DNA from: Tagaea sp.
GTDB lineage: Bacteria; Pseudomonadota; Alphaproteobacteria; CACIAM-22H2
Reading direction: 5' to 3'
DNA: 64,000 nucleotides
Assembly: GCA_965279525.1 (NCBI GenBank)
Contig: CBDIIB010000005.1
Coordinates: forward strand, 1,727,018 to 1,791,017
The stretch's first letter is position 1, and each line of letters opens with the position of its first letter. Shown in pieces: positions 40,809 to 50,968 of this stretch. A program made the translations under genes and the position numbers. Under the pieces are notes generated by a model, which saw nothing but the letters and a program-made list of their open reading frames with translations, made no database searches and was not told the origin of the DNA.

Positions 40809-42506
40809 TTGAGCGGCCGGCCACAGACCGCCGGCGAGCAGGGTTTCGTCGTCCTGCTGCTGGCGTTCGTCGGCCTGCTGGCGCTGTGGCCGATGGGACG
40901 GCTGGCGATGGAAGCCGTCGCCCCGCGCGGCGGCCTCGTCGATTTCTCGGTCGCCGAACGCGTGCTGTCGGCCCCGTCGACGTGGCGCGCGGCGTGGCGC
41001 ACGCTCGAAACCTCGGTCGCCGGCACCGTGATCTCGCTGGCACTGGGCGTGGGCTTCGCGCTGTGCGTGGCGCTGACCGACATCCGCGCCAAGGCCGTGC
41101 TCGTCTTCCTGTTCGTGCTGCCGCTCGTGGTGCCCTCGCAGATCGCGGCCCTCGCGTGGATCAATCTTGCCGGCCCGCAGAGCGCGCTGCTGGGCGCTTT
41201 CGGCCTTGCCCCGCCGCCGGGTTCGCCCAACCCGATGCTGGGGCGCGAGGGGATCGCGTGGCTGCTCGGCCTCGAACATGCCCCGCTCGTGTTCCTTGCC
41301 GTGCGCGCCGGCCTGCGCGCCCTGCCGCGCGAGGCAATCGAGGCGGCGCGCGCGTGCGGGGCCGACCGCTGGCGCACCACGCGAAACGTCGTGGTGCCGC
41401 TGATGGGCCCGGCGATCCTCGCGGGCGCGTTGCTTGCGTTCGTCTCGTCGATCGGCAATTTCGGCACGCCGGCGCTGATGGGCATCCCGGTCGGCTATTC
41501 GACGCTCGTCACGCTCATCTACCAGCGCCTTGCCGGGTTTGGCCCGGCGGTGTTCGCGCAGGCGGCCGTGCTGTCGGCGATGATCGGCATTTTTGCGCTT
41601 CTCATGCTGTGGCTGCACGCGCGCGCGCGCCGGGCGCTGGATGCGCGCATCGAGGGAACCGGCCAACCGATGGAACCCTGGCATCTTGGCCGGCTGCGCC
41701 TGCCGGTCGAGATCGCGATCTGGCTCTTCCTCGTCTTCGTGTCGCTGGTCCCGTTCGCGGCATTGCTGGCAAGTGCCCTGGTCCCGGCCATCGGCGTCGA
41801 ACTCACGCCGGCCACGGCCACGCTGCGCGCCTTCGCCGAAGCCCTGCGCCAGTCGGCGGTCACGCGCGCCTTCGCCAACTCGTTCCTGCTGTCGGGGGCG
41901 GCGGCTTTGCTGTGCGTGGCGATCGCCGTCCCGCTCGCCTATTTCACGACGTGGCGGCGCGGCATGCTCGTGCGGCTGGCCGGTGCCCTGGTCGAGCTTC
42001 CCTACGCGATGCCGGGCATCGTGCTGTCGATCGCCTGCATCCTCGTCTTCATCCGGCCGATCCCGATCCTCGAGGTGTCGATCTACGGCACGCTGTGGAT
42101 CATCCTGATCGCGTATGTCGCGCGCTTTCTCGTACTCGCCCTGCGGCCCATCGGGGCGGGCTTCGCCCAGCTCGACCCCGCACTCGACGATGCGGCGGCG
42201 GCGGCAGGTGCTCGTTTCGGCAGGCGGTTGCGCACGATCTCTTTGCCGCTGATGGCGCCGGCGGCGGGGGCCGGGGCGATCCTCGTGTTTCTCACGGCGC
42301 TCAACGAACTCACCGTTTCAGCACTGCTGTGGTCGTCGGGCTCGGAGACGCTGGGCGTGATGGTGTTCTCGCTGCAGGAAGGCGGCGATTCCCCGCTTGC
42401 CGCCGCCGTGTCGGTCATCGCGGTCGGCGTCGTCGTCGTGGCGATGGCGGCCCTCACGCTCATGACGCGCCGCCTGCCGCGCGGCGTGCTGCCGTGGGCG
42501 GATTGA
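40809..42506 (+). CDS. ABC transporter permease (iron(III)-type, duplicated transmembrane domains)
   Basis: 565 aa, about 12 TM helices, two EAA-like loops (EAARACGAD..., DDAAAAAGAR). Start codon uncertain; TTG at 40809 is the first option. Confidence 0.85.
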   Translation: MSGRPQTAGEQGFVVLLLAFVGLLALWPMGRLAMEAVAPRGGLVDFSVAERVLSAPSTWRAAWRTLETSVAGTVISLALGVGFALCVALTDIRAKAVLVFLFVLPLVVPSQIAALAWINLAGPQSALLGAFGLAPPPGSPNPMLGREGIAWLLGLEHAPLVFLAVRAGLRALPREAIEAARACGADRWRTTRNVVVPLMGPAILAGALLAFVSSIGNFGTPALMGIPVGYSTLVTLIYQRLAGFGPAVFAQAAVLSAMIGIFALLMLWLHARARRALDARIEGTGQPMEPWHLGRLRLPVEIAIWLFLVFVSLVPFAALLASALVPAIGVELTPATATLRAFAEALRQSAVTRAFANSFLLSGAAALLCVAIAVPLAYFTTWRRGMLVRLAGALVELPYAMPGIVLSIACILVFIRPIPILEVSIYGTLWIILIAYVARFLVLALRPIGAGFAQLDPALDDAAAAAGARFGRRLRTISLPLMAPAAGAGAILVFLTALNELTVSALLWSSGSETLGVMVFSLQEGGDSPLAAAVSVIAVGVVVVAMAALTLMTRRLPRGVLPWAD

Positions 42507-42507
42507 G

Positions 42508-43572
42508 CTAGGGCACGATCCAGCCGTCGCGCAGGCCCAGCGTCAGCACCGCGTCGGGCTGCGGCGTGAACGTGTCGGGCAGCGTCAGGCGCAGATGTGC
42601 GGCCGGTGCCGAAACCGGTTCGGCATCGACGTCCCAGAAGCCGCCGGTATAGGCCGCCCGCCGGATGCGCGCGGCAAAGCCGCGTTCGGCGATGCCCATG
42701 TCTTCGGGCCGCAGGCAAAGCTTGGCCGGGCCCGTCGCCTGGCCGGCGCGTGCGCGGACCAGGAATTCGGCTCCGTAGAGATCGATGCGCGCGCGGGTTC
42801 CCTCGACCGCGCGTACCGCGATGTCGAGGATGGTGCCGCGCCCGACGAACGCGCCGATTTCGGCGGTGGCGGGTTCGCGATAGAGCGTTCGCGGGTCGGC
42901 GAACTGGACGATCTTTCCTTCCGACATGACCGCGATGCGGTCGGCGAGCGCCATCGCCTCGGCCTGGTCGTGCGTGACGTAGAGCATCGTCGCCTTGGTC
43001 GCGGCGTGGAACTCGGCGAAGGCATCGAGCATGCTGGCGCGCAGATGCACGTCGAGATTGGCGAGCGGCTCGTCGAGCAGCACGATCGCGGGGTCCATCG
43101 CAAGGCAGCGCGCCAGCGCCACGCGCTGGCGCTGGCCGCCGGAAAGCTCGGCCGGGCGGCGGCGGTCATAGCCGGAAAGCCCGACGGTGGCGAGGGCGGC
43201 GTCCACGCGGGCACGCCACGCCTCGCCCCTCACGCCCGCGACGTCGAGCGCGTAGCCCACGTTGTGCGCGACATCCATGTGCGGCCACAGCGCATAGGAC
43301 TGGAAGACGATGCCGACCTTGCGATCCTCGGGCGGCACATGCGTGCCCTCGCCCGAAACGGTGCGCCCGCCAAGGCGGATCGTGCCGGCGTCGGCCGTCT
43401 CGAAACCGGCGACGAGGCGCAGCAGTGTCGATTTCCCGCAGCCCGATTCGCCCAGCAACGCGACCAGTTCGCCGTCCGCGACGTCGAGCGAGATGTCGGA
43501 CACCGCCGCCACCTTCGTGCCGGTCGACGTGGCGAAGCGCTTGGAGACGTGGCTGACGGCAAGAGCGCTCAT
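42508..43572 (-). CDS. ABC transporter ATP-binding protein (FbpC-like, with C-terminal TOBE-like domain)
   Basis: 354 aa. Walker A GESGCGKST, signature LSGGQRQRV, Walker B ILLDEP. Convergent with the permease gene. Confidence 0.9.
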   Translation of the reverse strand: MSALAVSHVSKRFATSTGTKVAAVSDISLDVADGELVALLGESGCGKSTLLRLVAGFETADAGTIRLGGRTVSGEGTHVPPEDRKVGIVFQSYALWPHMDVAHNVGYALDVAGVRGEAWRARVDAALATVGLSGYDRRRPAELSGGQRQRVALARCLAMDPAIVLLDEPLANLDVHLRASMLDAFAEFHAATKATMLYVTHDQAEAMALADRIAVMSEGKIVQFADPRTLYREPATAEIGAFVGRGTILDIAVRAVEGTRARIDLYGAEFLVRARAGQATGPAKLCLRPEDMGIAERGFAARIRRAAYTGGFWDVDAEPVSAPAAHLRLTLPDTFTPQPDAVLTLGLRDGWIVP

Positions 43573-44054
43573 CGTGCGACGTTCGCGCGCACGACGGGGG
43601 CGAGCTCGGCGACGACGGCTTCGTAGAGGGCGCGCTTGAACGGCACGATGAGCCCGACCAGCTCCTCGATCCCGACCCAGCGCCAGGCGTCGAACTCGGC
43701 TTCGTGCGCGTCGAGGTCGATGTCGCGATCCGTCCCGAGGAAACGCGCCGCGTACCATTTCTGGCGCTGGCCGACATAGCGCCCGCCCCACAGGCGTGCG
43801 GCAAGTTCGGGCGGCTGGTCGTAGGCGATCCAGCCGGCGGTCTCGCCGACGATCTCGGCGGCGCGCACGCCGGTTTCCTCGGCAAGCTCGCGCAACGCCG
43901 CCGCGCGCGGATCTTCCGATTCGTCGATGCCGCCCTGCGGCATCTGCCAGGCACCCGGCGTGTCGTTGCGCTGGCCCACGAAGGCGCGGCCAGCCGGATC
44001 GAACAGGAGAATTCCCACGCCGGGACGATAGAGCCGTTGCGTGACGGTTTTCAT
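43569..44054 (-). CDS. rppH: RNA pyrophosphohydrolase (NUDIX)
   Basis: 161 aa. Nudix box GGIDESEDPRAAALRELAEETG. Start overlaps the downstream ABC ATPase start region by 4 nt. Confidence 0.85.
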   Translation of the reverse strand: MKTVTQRLYRPGVGILLFDPAGRAFVGQRNDTPGAWQMPQGGIDESEDPRAAALRELAEETGVRAAEIVGETAGWIAYDQPPELAARLWGGRYVGQRQKWYAARFLGTDRDIDLDAHEAEFDAWRWVGIEELVGLIVPFKRALYEAVVAELAPVVRANVAR

Positions 44055-44070
44055 GCAGCGCCTTCCCGCG

Positions 44071-45441
44071 TCAGTTGCGCGGCGGCGCGGCGGGTCCGGG
44101 GGCCGCCGCGGCAGGTGCCCCGCCGCCGGGGGCGGTAACCGCCGCCGGTGCGGGCTGCCGGTTGACGATGGCCGAGACGGGGGCAAGTGCTATGCCGCGC
44201 GCGTCGAGCTGCGGCAGCCAGTTGATCAGCCGTTCGAACGTGACCGGATAGGTCTGCGCGATGCCCAGCGCCGCCCCGTTCTGGCGCGCGAGGCGTTCGA
44301 GATCGGCAAGTGCGCGGTCGATCGCCGGGCGCGAGGCTTCCTGGTCGACCAGGCGGTCGGCGTAGGCGCGCGGCACGCCCACGTCGTCGGCCACGCGCGT
44401 GGCGACCGAGGCGAGCGTGGCGCGCGCGTCGACGAAAAGCAGGCCGCGCGCGAACAGCCGGTCGATGACCGGGCGCATCGCGTCGGTCGAGGCGGTGAAG
44501 CGCGAGCCCTGCGCGTTGACGATGCCGACATAGCCCTGCGCGCGCTCGAGCGTCCAGTTGAGGCGCTCCATGTTCTGGCGCGAGGTGAGCGTTGTCAGCA
44601 GCGTCTGGGGCCCTGGATCGGTGTTCGGGAAATCGGTCGGCTCCATCGGCAGGCTCAGCAGCACCTCGTGGCCGGCGGCGCGCGCCAGCGCCATCCACTG
44701 CGCCAGCCCGTCGGCATAGGGCGTGAAGGCGAGCGTGATGCCGCCGCCGAGATTCTGGATCGCCGCGTTGGTCGCCGCCTGGCTCTTGCCGAGATCGACG
44801 ATCACCATGGCGATGCGCGGGCGCTTGTCTTCCGGATCGAAGGGCCGCGCGAAACGTACCCAGGTGGGCGCTTCGACGTCGCGCGGCGGCAGCGGCTGCG
44901 GGGCCGTGCGGGCGGGCGGGCGGGCGGCCACCTGCGGGGCCGGTGCCGGTGCTGCGGCCGGCGGCGGTGCGGGTTCGCTCTGCACCGGCGTTGCCGGAGC
45001 GGGCGTGCCGGCCTGCTCGGGCCGGGCAGGTGCCGGCCGTGGCGGGGCAGGGGCAGGTGCGGGTGCCGGGGCTGCCGCCTGGGCGGGCGGCGGTGGTGGT
45101 GGCGGCGTCGGTTCAGGCTCCGGCGGCTTGGGCGCTTCGGCCATCGGGGCAGGTTCGGTCGGTGGCGGCGCCGGCGGCTCGGGTGCGACTGCCGGCATCG
45201 CGACCGGGATGTCGATCTGGGCCGCGACCGGCGGCCCCAGATCGACATGCTCGACCGGATTGACGTTGACCCAGATCGCGAAGCCGCCGACGGCGCTGAT
45301 CAGCAGCGCCCAGGCGATCGTCAGCAGCGACGGTCCGCCGCGATGCGGCATGCCGGCCGGATCGGCGGGCGCGTGCACGGGCGGCATCTGGGTCGCATCC
45401 GACGGATCGGGCCCCTCGTTGGCGGCGTCCTTTGCGGCCAT
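44071..45441 (-). CDS. divergent polysaccharide deacetylase family protein (YibQ-like) with long Pro/Ala-rich linker
   Basis: TM anchor, then roughly 150 aa of PAPAP low-complexity, then a conserved C-terminal domain (VIVDLGKSQ...LSLPMEP) typical of divergent polysaccharide deacetylases. Start at 45441 is preferred over 45498 because it avoids overlap with ctpA. Confidence 0.7.
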   Translation of the reverse strand: MAAKDAANEGPDPSDATQMPPVHAPADPAGMPHRGGPSLLTIAWALLISAVGGFAIWVNVNPVEHVDLGPPVAAQIDIPVAMPAVAPEPPAPPPTEPAPMAEAPKPPEPEPTPPPPPPPAQAAAPAPAPAPAPPRPAPARPEQAGTPAPATPVQSEPAPPPAAAPAPAPQVAARPPARTAPQPLPPRDVEAPTWVRFARPFDPEDKRPRIAMVIVDLGKSQAATNAAIQNLGGGITLAFTPYADGLAQWMALARAAGHEVLLSLPMEPTDFPNTDPGPQTLLTTLTSRQNMERLNWTLERAQGYVGIVNAQGSRFTASTDAMRPVIDRLFARGLLFVDARATLASVATRVADDVGVPRAYADRLVDQEASRPAIDRALADLERLARQNGAALGIAQTYPVTFERLINWLPQLDARGIALAPVSAIVNRQPAPAAVTAPGGGAPAAAAPGPAAPPRN

Positions 45442-45469
45442 GCCGATCCGTCGTCCTCGCGCCGCGCGC

Positions 45470-46831
45470 TCAGTTCGTGCGCTGGTTGTAGAGGGCAAGG
45501 CCCCGCAACAGGTCGAACGCGCGGCTCAGCTGGTAATCCTGCGCGCCTTCCTGCTGGCGTTCCTCGTTCTCGGCGGCCGGTGCGGCGGGCGCTGCCGGTG
45601 CGGCGGGTGCCGCAGGTGCAGCGCCGGGCGCCGGGCGGGTCTGGTCCGGGTTGCGCAGTGCGCCGCGCAAGTCGGCTTCGCGCCGCTGGGGACCCTGCGG
45701 CGCCGTGACTTCGATGCGCGCGGCTTCCACGACGATGTCGGGATCGATGCCCTGCGCCTGGATCGAACGGCCCGACGGCGTGAAGTAGCGTGCGGTCGTG
45801 AGCCGGATGGCACCCTGGTTGCCGACCGGCCGGATCGTCTGGACCGAGCCCTTGCCGAAGCTGCGTGTCCCCAGGACGATCGCGCGGCGATGGTCCTGCA
45901 AGGCGCCCGCGACGATTTCCGAGGCCGAGGCCGAGCCGCCGTTGATGAGCACGATGAGCGGCAGGCCGTTCAGCACGTCGCCGGCGCGCGCGTTGTAGCG
46001 CTGTGCCTCGTCCGAGCGGCGGCCGCGCGTCGAGACGATCTCGCCACGCTCGAGGAAGGCATCCGACACGGCGATCGCCTGGTCGAGCAGCCCGCCGGGA
46101 TTGTTGCGCATGTCGAGCACGAGGCCCTTGAACTTCGGCCCGAGCTGCTCGCGCATCTTCGTGATCGCGGTGCGCATGCCGGCTTCGGTCTGCTCGGTGA
46201 ACGAGGTGATGCGCACGTAGCCGAGTTCGCCCTCGACGCGCGAGCGCACCGACTGGATGCGAATGACCGCGCGGTTGAGCGTGACCTCGAAGGGTGCGGC
46301 GTCGCCGCGCCGGATCAGGATCTTGATCGCGCTGTTGACGGGCCCGCGCATCTTCTCGACCGCTTCCTGCAGCGTAAGGCCCAGGATCGGCTCGCCGTCG
46401 ATCTGCACGATGAGGTCGTTGGGCTTGAGGCCCGCGCGCGCGGCCGGCGTGTCGTCGATGGGCGAGACGACCTTGACGAGGCCGTTCTCCATCGTGACTT
46501 CGATGCCCAGTCCGCCGAACTCGCCGCGCGTCTGCACCTGCATGTCGCGGAACGAGCGCGCGTTGAGGAACGAGGAATGCGGATCGAGTGCGGTCAGCAT
46601 CCCGTTGATCGCGTCCTCGATCAGCTTGCGGTCGGCGACCTCTTCCACGTAGTCCGAGCGCACGATCTCGAAGATCTCGCCGAACAGGTTGAGCAGGCGG
46701 TAGGTCTCCGATGCGCCGCCTGCGGCGGGTGCCGCGGGCTGGCCTTGCGCGAACGCGCCCGGCGACATGGCGGCAGGCAGAACCGTCAATGCGGTCGCGA
46801 TCGTCGCGGCGGCAAGCTTACGGGCGAACAT
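45470..46831 (-). CDS. ctpA: carboxy-terminal processing protease (S41 family)
   Basis: 453 aa from MFARKL. Signal peptide, PDZ domain, and S41 catalytic motifs (GGSASASE with catalytic Ser, and the Lys region). Confidence 0.9.
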   Translation of the reverse strand: MFARKLAAATIATALTVLPAAMSPGAFAQGQPAAPAAGGASETYRLLNLFGEIFEIVRSDYVEEVADRKLIEDAINGMLTALDPHSSFLNARSFRDMQVQTRGEFGGLGIEVTMENGLVKVVSPIDDTPAARAGLKPNDLIVQIDGEPILGLTLQEAVEKMRGPVNSAIKILIRRGDAAPFEVTLNRAVIRIQSVRSRVEGELGYVRITSFTEQTEAGMRTAITKMREQLGPKFKGLVLDMRNNPGGLLDQAIAVSDAFLERGEIVSTRGRRSDEAQRYNARAGDVLNGLPLIVLINGGSASASEIVAGALQDHRRAIVLGTRSFGKGSVQTIRPVGNQGAIRLTTARYFTPSGRSIQAQGIDPDIVVEAARIEVTAPQGPQRREADLRGALRNPDQTRPAPGAAPAAPAAPAAPAAPAAENEERQQEGAQDYQLSRAFDLLRGLALYNQRTN

Positions 46832-46885
46832 CCAGGATCCCTTTCCGCGGCCGCGACTGTCGCGTCCGCACACGCAATTGGCGCC

Positions 46886-48057
46886 TCATCGACGCACGCC
46901 GTTCTCGGCCGCAAGAAGCCAGGGAGACGGATCGACCGGCTGACCGTGGCGCCTGAGCTCCAGATAGAGCGTCGGGGCGCCGCGTTCGTCGTTTCCGGCC
47001 CGCCCGACCGGTTCGCCCGCGGTCACGTTCTGGCCGACGACCGCGTCGATCCGGCTCAACTGCGCCAGAATCGAATGATAGCCCCCGCCGTGTTCGAGGA
47101 TCAAGATTTGCCCGTATCCGCGGAACGGGCCCGGCAAATGCCACGGTCCCGTCATGGGGGGCGATGACGCTGGCCGCCTCGCGCGGCTCGATCAGCAGGC
47201 CGCGGGCCGACTGGCCGCCCGCCTGCGCCTGGCCCCAGGATTCGACGATTCGGCCCCTTGCGGGCCAAAGATAGCCCGAAAGGGCATCCAGATCGCCCGG
47301 CCGCGTGGCTGCGGGCGCATTCGCGCGCGGCCGTGGCGGGATGGCCGCGACGGCGGCCGGCGGCCGTTCGAGGCGGCCGAGCAGTTCGCGCAAGTCCGCC
47401 GCCTCGCGCCCGAGGCGGGCGAGGCGCTGGGCAGCGGCACGCCCTTCGTCCTGCAGCCGGGCGACGGCGGGTGCGCGCCGGGCAAGGGCCGCGTCGAGCC
47501 GGTCGCGCTCGATGGCGAGCTGGGGCGAGTGCGCCGGCAAGATCGCCGCGCGCCCGCACGGCCCCGGCGCGGGCCGTCGCCAGCGCGTCGAGTTCGGCCT
47601 TCAGCAGGTTCGCCTCGCGGCCCAGATGCGCCACGAGGCTGGCGACAAGATTTCCCGTGCGCGCCGCATCGAGCGGCGTACCGGGTTCAAGGGCGAGCGC
47701 TTCGGGTGGCTGGCGGGCAAGGCGCTGGAGGGCACCGGCAAGTCCGGCGATTTCGTGCCGGCGCGCGTCGATGCGCACTTCGCGCATCGCGCGTTCGTCG
47801 TCGAGTTCGGCGATGCGCGCCTCGATGTCGCTGGCCTGTGCTTCGCGCTCCATCGCGGCGGCGGCCGCCTCGCGCGTCAAATCCTGCAGGCGGGCAAGTT
47901 CGGCGGCTTCGTTCTGCGCCTGGCGGGCGATCGCGTCGGCGCGCTCGCGCTCGGTCTCGAGCTGCTTTTCGATCTGGCGCAGCTGTTCGCCGCGGTCCTG
48001 CGCGAGGGCAGGTGCTGCCCACAGGAGGAAAAGGGCGGCGAACGCCCCCGCCTTCAT
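46886..48057 (-). pseudogene. envC: EnvC-like murein hydrolase activator / M23 peptidase, disrupted by two frameshifts (or sequencing errors)
   Basis: N-terminal signal peptide and coiled coil ([34 protein letters not shown]...) read in one frame. The middle part (LAIERDRL...LSGYLWPARGRI...HDGTVAFAGP) is in a second frame and the C-terminal M23 core (FRGYGQILILEHGGGYHSILAQL...) in a third. Switches lie near 47540-47560 and 47125-47135, the latter in a GGGCCC run. Confidence 0.7.
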
Positions 48058-49620
48058 TCGGCCGCCACGGGCGCACGCAGCAGCGACCGGCCGGTCATCT
48101 CGGCGGGCTGCGACAGGCCCATCAGTTCGAGCAGCGTGGGCGCCACGTCGGCAAGCACGCCGTCGGCCAGCAGGATCGGCGCGTTGCGCCCGGGCAGCAG
48201 CGAACCCACGAGCCAGACCGGGACGGGGTTGAGCGTGTGCGCCGTCATCGCCTGGCCGGAATCCGGATCGCGCATGCATTCGCAGTTGCCGTGATCGGCG
48301 GTGATGAGCATGGCACCGCCCTTCGCCTCGACCGCCTGCGCCACGCGGCCAAGGCAGGCATCGACCGTCTCGACCGCCTTGATCGCGGCGCGAAGGTCGC
48401 CGGTGTGCCCGACCATGTCGCAGTTGGCGTAGTTGACGACGACGAAATCGAACGTGCCGCTTTCGATGGCGCCGACGAGCCTGTCGGTCATCTCGGGTGC
48501 CGACATCTCGGGCTGCAGGTCGTAGGTCGCGACCTTGGGCGAGGGCACGAGGATGCGGCTTTCGCCCGGATACTCCTTCTCCTCGCCGCCGTTGAAGAAG
48601 AACGTCACGTGCGCGTATTTCTCGGTCTCGGCGATGCGCAGCTGCGTGCGCCCGGCCTTGGACACGATCTCGCCCATCATGTTGGCGAGCGACTGCGGGG
48701 CGAACATCGCGGGCACATAGGGTGCCAGTTTCGCCGAATATTCGACGAGCCCGAGGCGTGGCCGCGAAGGCGGGGCGACGGGGCCGCGCGAAGCCGTCGA
48801 ACTCCGGAATGAGCAGCGCTTCGAGGATCTCGCGCGCGCGGTCGGCGCGGTAGTTGCCCATCAGCACGCCGTCGCCGTCGCGCATCCCGGCATAGTCGCC
48901 GACCGCGAAGGGCAGGACGAATTCGTCGCTGGTGTCGGCCGCATAGGCCGCATCGACGCCCGCCCGCCAGTGCGCGAAACGTGGGGCCCCCGCGTCGACC
49001 ATCGTGGCGTAGGCGAGCGACACGCGCTCCCAGCGCTTGTCGCGGTCCATCGCGTAGAAGCGGCCGGCAACGGTGCCGAGATCCACACCCTTCAGCCCCG
49101 CGATGTCGGCTTCGAACTTCGTCAGGTATTCGATGGCGCTGCGCGGGGGCACGTCACGCCCGTCGAGGAAGGCGTGGATGCGCACAGGGACGCCGTCGGC
49201 CGCGAGTGCGGCGGCCAGTGCCACGAAATGATCCTGCATGGAATGCACACCGCCGGGCGACAGGATCCCCATCACGTGCGCCGTGCCGCCGCTCTTCTTC
49301 AGTTTCGCGGCGAATTCGCGCAACGCCGGCAGGGCGGCGAACGAGCCGTCCTCGATCGCCGCGTCGATGCGCACGAGATCCTGCATGACCACGCGGCCGG
49401 CCCCCAGATTCATGTGGCCGACTTCCGAATTTCCCATCTGGCCCTTGGGCAGGCCGACATGGCGCTCGGAGGCTTCGAGGAACGCGGGCGGATGCAGCGT
49501 GCGGAAGCGGTCGAAGTTCGGCGTGCGGGCGAGCAGCACGGCGTTGTCCGCGCGCTCGGCGCGATGGCCGAAGCCGTCGAGAATGCAAAGGACGACCGGG
49601 CGGCGGGGAGAAGCGGACAT
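48054..49620 (-). pseudogene. gpmI: 2,3-bisphosphoglycerate-independent phosphoglycerate mutase with one frameshift (or sequencing error)
   Basis: N-terminal 280 aa (MSASPRRPVVLCILDGFGHR...FDGFARP) and the C-terminal 220 aa ([29 protein letters not shown]...) are both excellent GpmI but in different frames. The switch maps to a G/C homopolymer near 48775-48790. Stop overlaps the envC ATG (ATGA). Confidence 0.8.
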
Positions 49621-49630
49621 GCCTTATCTT

Positions 49631-50215
49631 CTATCGCGCCGGCGGTGCGGGCGGCAACCGGGCGAGAAGCAGCAGACTGACGGCATCGCGCACGCCGCCC
49701 GAGCGGACCAGATCCTCGGCCGCCGCGCGCGTGAGCGCCGTGGGCGCGCCAAGGCCCAGTTCGTCGCCGGCCGTGCGGTGGCCCGCGATCGGCGTGCAGT
49801 CGCGCGCCACGAACAGGGCAGCACTCGTGGCAAGCACGGCGGGTTCGGAAAACACCTCGCCCAGCGCCACGAGATCGCCGGCGGCACAGGCAAGGCCCGT
49901 TTCCTCGGCAAGCTCGCGCCGGGCGGCCGCGACGGCCGTTTCGCCCTCGTCGATGAAACCTTTCGGCACCTCCCAGCTCCAGGTGCCCACGGCATGGCGC
50001 CAGTTGCGCAGCAGCACGACGCGCCCGTCGGAAAGGACGGGCAGCACGGCGACGCCGCCCGCCAGCCCTGCCGCGTGGCCGCGCGCGGACAGCACGAGAT
50101 ACTCGGGCACCTCGATCCCGTTCGCATCGACGATGTGGTCGAGATCGGCGCGCCACACGCGGTTCTCGAACGCGGTGCGCCGGGCGAGGCGCTTGACGGG
50201 CGGAGCCTCGCTCAC
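49631..50215 (-). CDS. NUDIX hydrolase (ADP-ribose pyrophosphatase-like)
   Basis: 194 aa from a GTG start overlapping the upstream gene's stop (GTGA). Nudix box GFIDEGETAVAAARRELAEETG. Confidence 0.7.
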   Translation of the reverse strand: MSEAPPVKRLARRTAFENRVWRADLDHIVDANGIEVPEYLVLSARGHAAGLAGGVAVLPVLSDGRVVLLRNWRHAVGTWSWEVPKGFIDEGETAVAAARRELAEETGLACAAGDLVALGEVFSEPAVLATSAALFVARDCTPIAGHRTAGDELGLGAPTALTRAAAEDLVRSGGVRDAVSLLLLARLPPAPPAR

Positions 50216-50943
50216 CGCTGCTTCCCGTCGATGACGGCGGCCGCACCCGTCCAGCTTTCGGGCGTGCCGATATCCACGAAGCGTGCGCGGGGATCGATGA
50301 AGGCAGCAAGCGCGCCGCCGGGCAGCTTCTCGAACACGTCGCGCTCGAGCGACACGGGCCGGTCGTCCGGAATCTTCGCGAGCAGTGCACGCGAAACCAG
50401 ATAGACGCCCGCGTTGATCGCTGCTGGTCCGCGCCACGTCGCGTCCTTCTCGCAGAAGGCGGTGACGCGGTCATTCTCGATCTCGACGCGGCCGTAGCGC
50501 CCGGCGTCGGGCACTTCGACGCACAGCATCGTGGCGTCGGCCATCGTCTGGCGATGTCTGGCGACGAGTTCGGCAAGATCGCCGTCGACGAACGTGTCGC
50601 CGTTCACGACGAGGATCGGGTCCGAGCGGAAATGCGGCCGCGCGAAGCCGAGGGCACCACCGGTCCCGAGCGGTGCGGGTTCGACCGAGAAGGCGAATTC
50701 CAGGTGCGGACGCGGATAGGCCGCGAGATGGGCTTCGACCTGGTCGGCGCGGTGGCCGAGCAGCAGCACGATGCGCCTTGCCCCATGGCTTTCGAGCCAG
50801 TCGAGCAGGTGTTCGAGGAACGGCCGGCCGCCGACGGGAGCCAGCACCTTGGGCAGGCCCGGGACGGCGCCGGCCAGCCGCGTGCCGAGGCCGCCGGCGA
50901 GAATGGCGATGTCGATGGATCGGAGCGTCCCCGTCATCCCCAT
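50212..50943 (-). CDS. sugar-phosphate nucleotidyltransferase (MurU / mannose-1-phosphate guanylyltransferase-like)
   Basis: 243 aa. N-terminal AILAGGLGTRL nucleotide-binding motif and VVNGD motif of the glycosyl-1-phosphate nucleotidyltransferase fold. Confidence 0.75.
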   Translation of the reverse strand: MGMTGTLRSIDIAILAGGLGTRLAGAVPGLPKVLAPVGGRPFLEHLLDWLESHGARRIVLLLGHRADQVEAHLAAYPRPHLEFAFSVEPAPLGTGGALGFARPHFRSDPILVVNGDTFVDGDLAELVARHRQTMADATMLCVEVPDAGRYGRVEIENDRVTAFCEKDATWRGPAAINAGVYLVSRALLAKIPDDRPVSLERDVFEKLPGGALAAFIDPRARFVDIGTPESWTGAAAVIDGKQR

Positions 50944-50968
50944 CGGGTACGACGAAAGGGCCCGCCGC

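Noticed and set aside
44900-45250. Possible CRISPR-like repeat array suggested by periodic GC-rich repeats
   Set aside because: Repeats are short (9-15 nt), imperfect, and in-frame coding for Pro/Ala linker. No spacer-repeat architecture and no cas genes.
44723-47167. 814-aa plus-strand ORF
   Set aside because: Antisense to the deacetylase and ctpA. Gly/Ala/Arg-rich junk translation.
47152-49620. 822-aa minus-strand ORF treated as one protein
   Set aside because: It is a chimera of the GpmI N-terminus, out-of-frame gpmI sequence and the EnvC N-terminus in a frame that happens to lack stops. Interpreted instead as two adjacent frameshifted genes.
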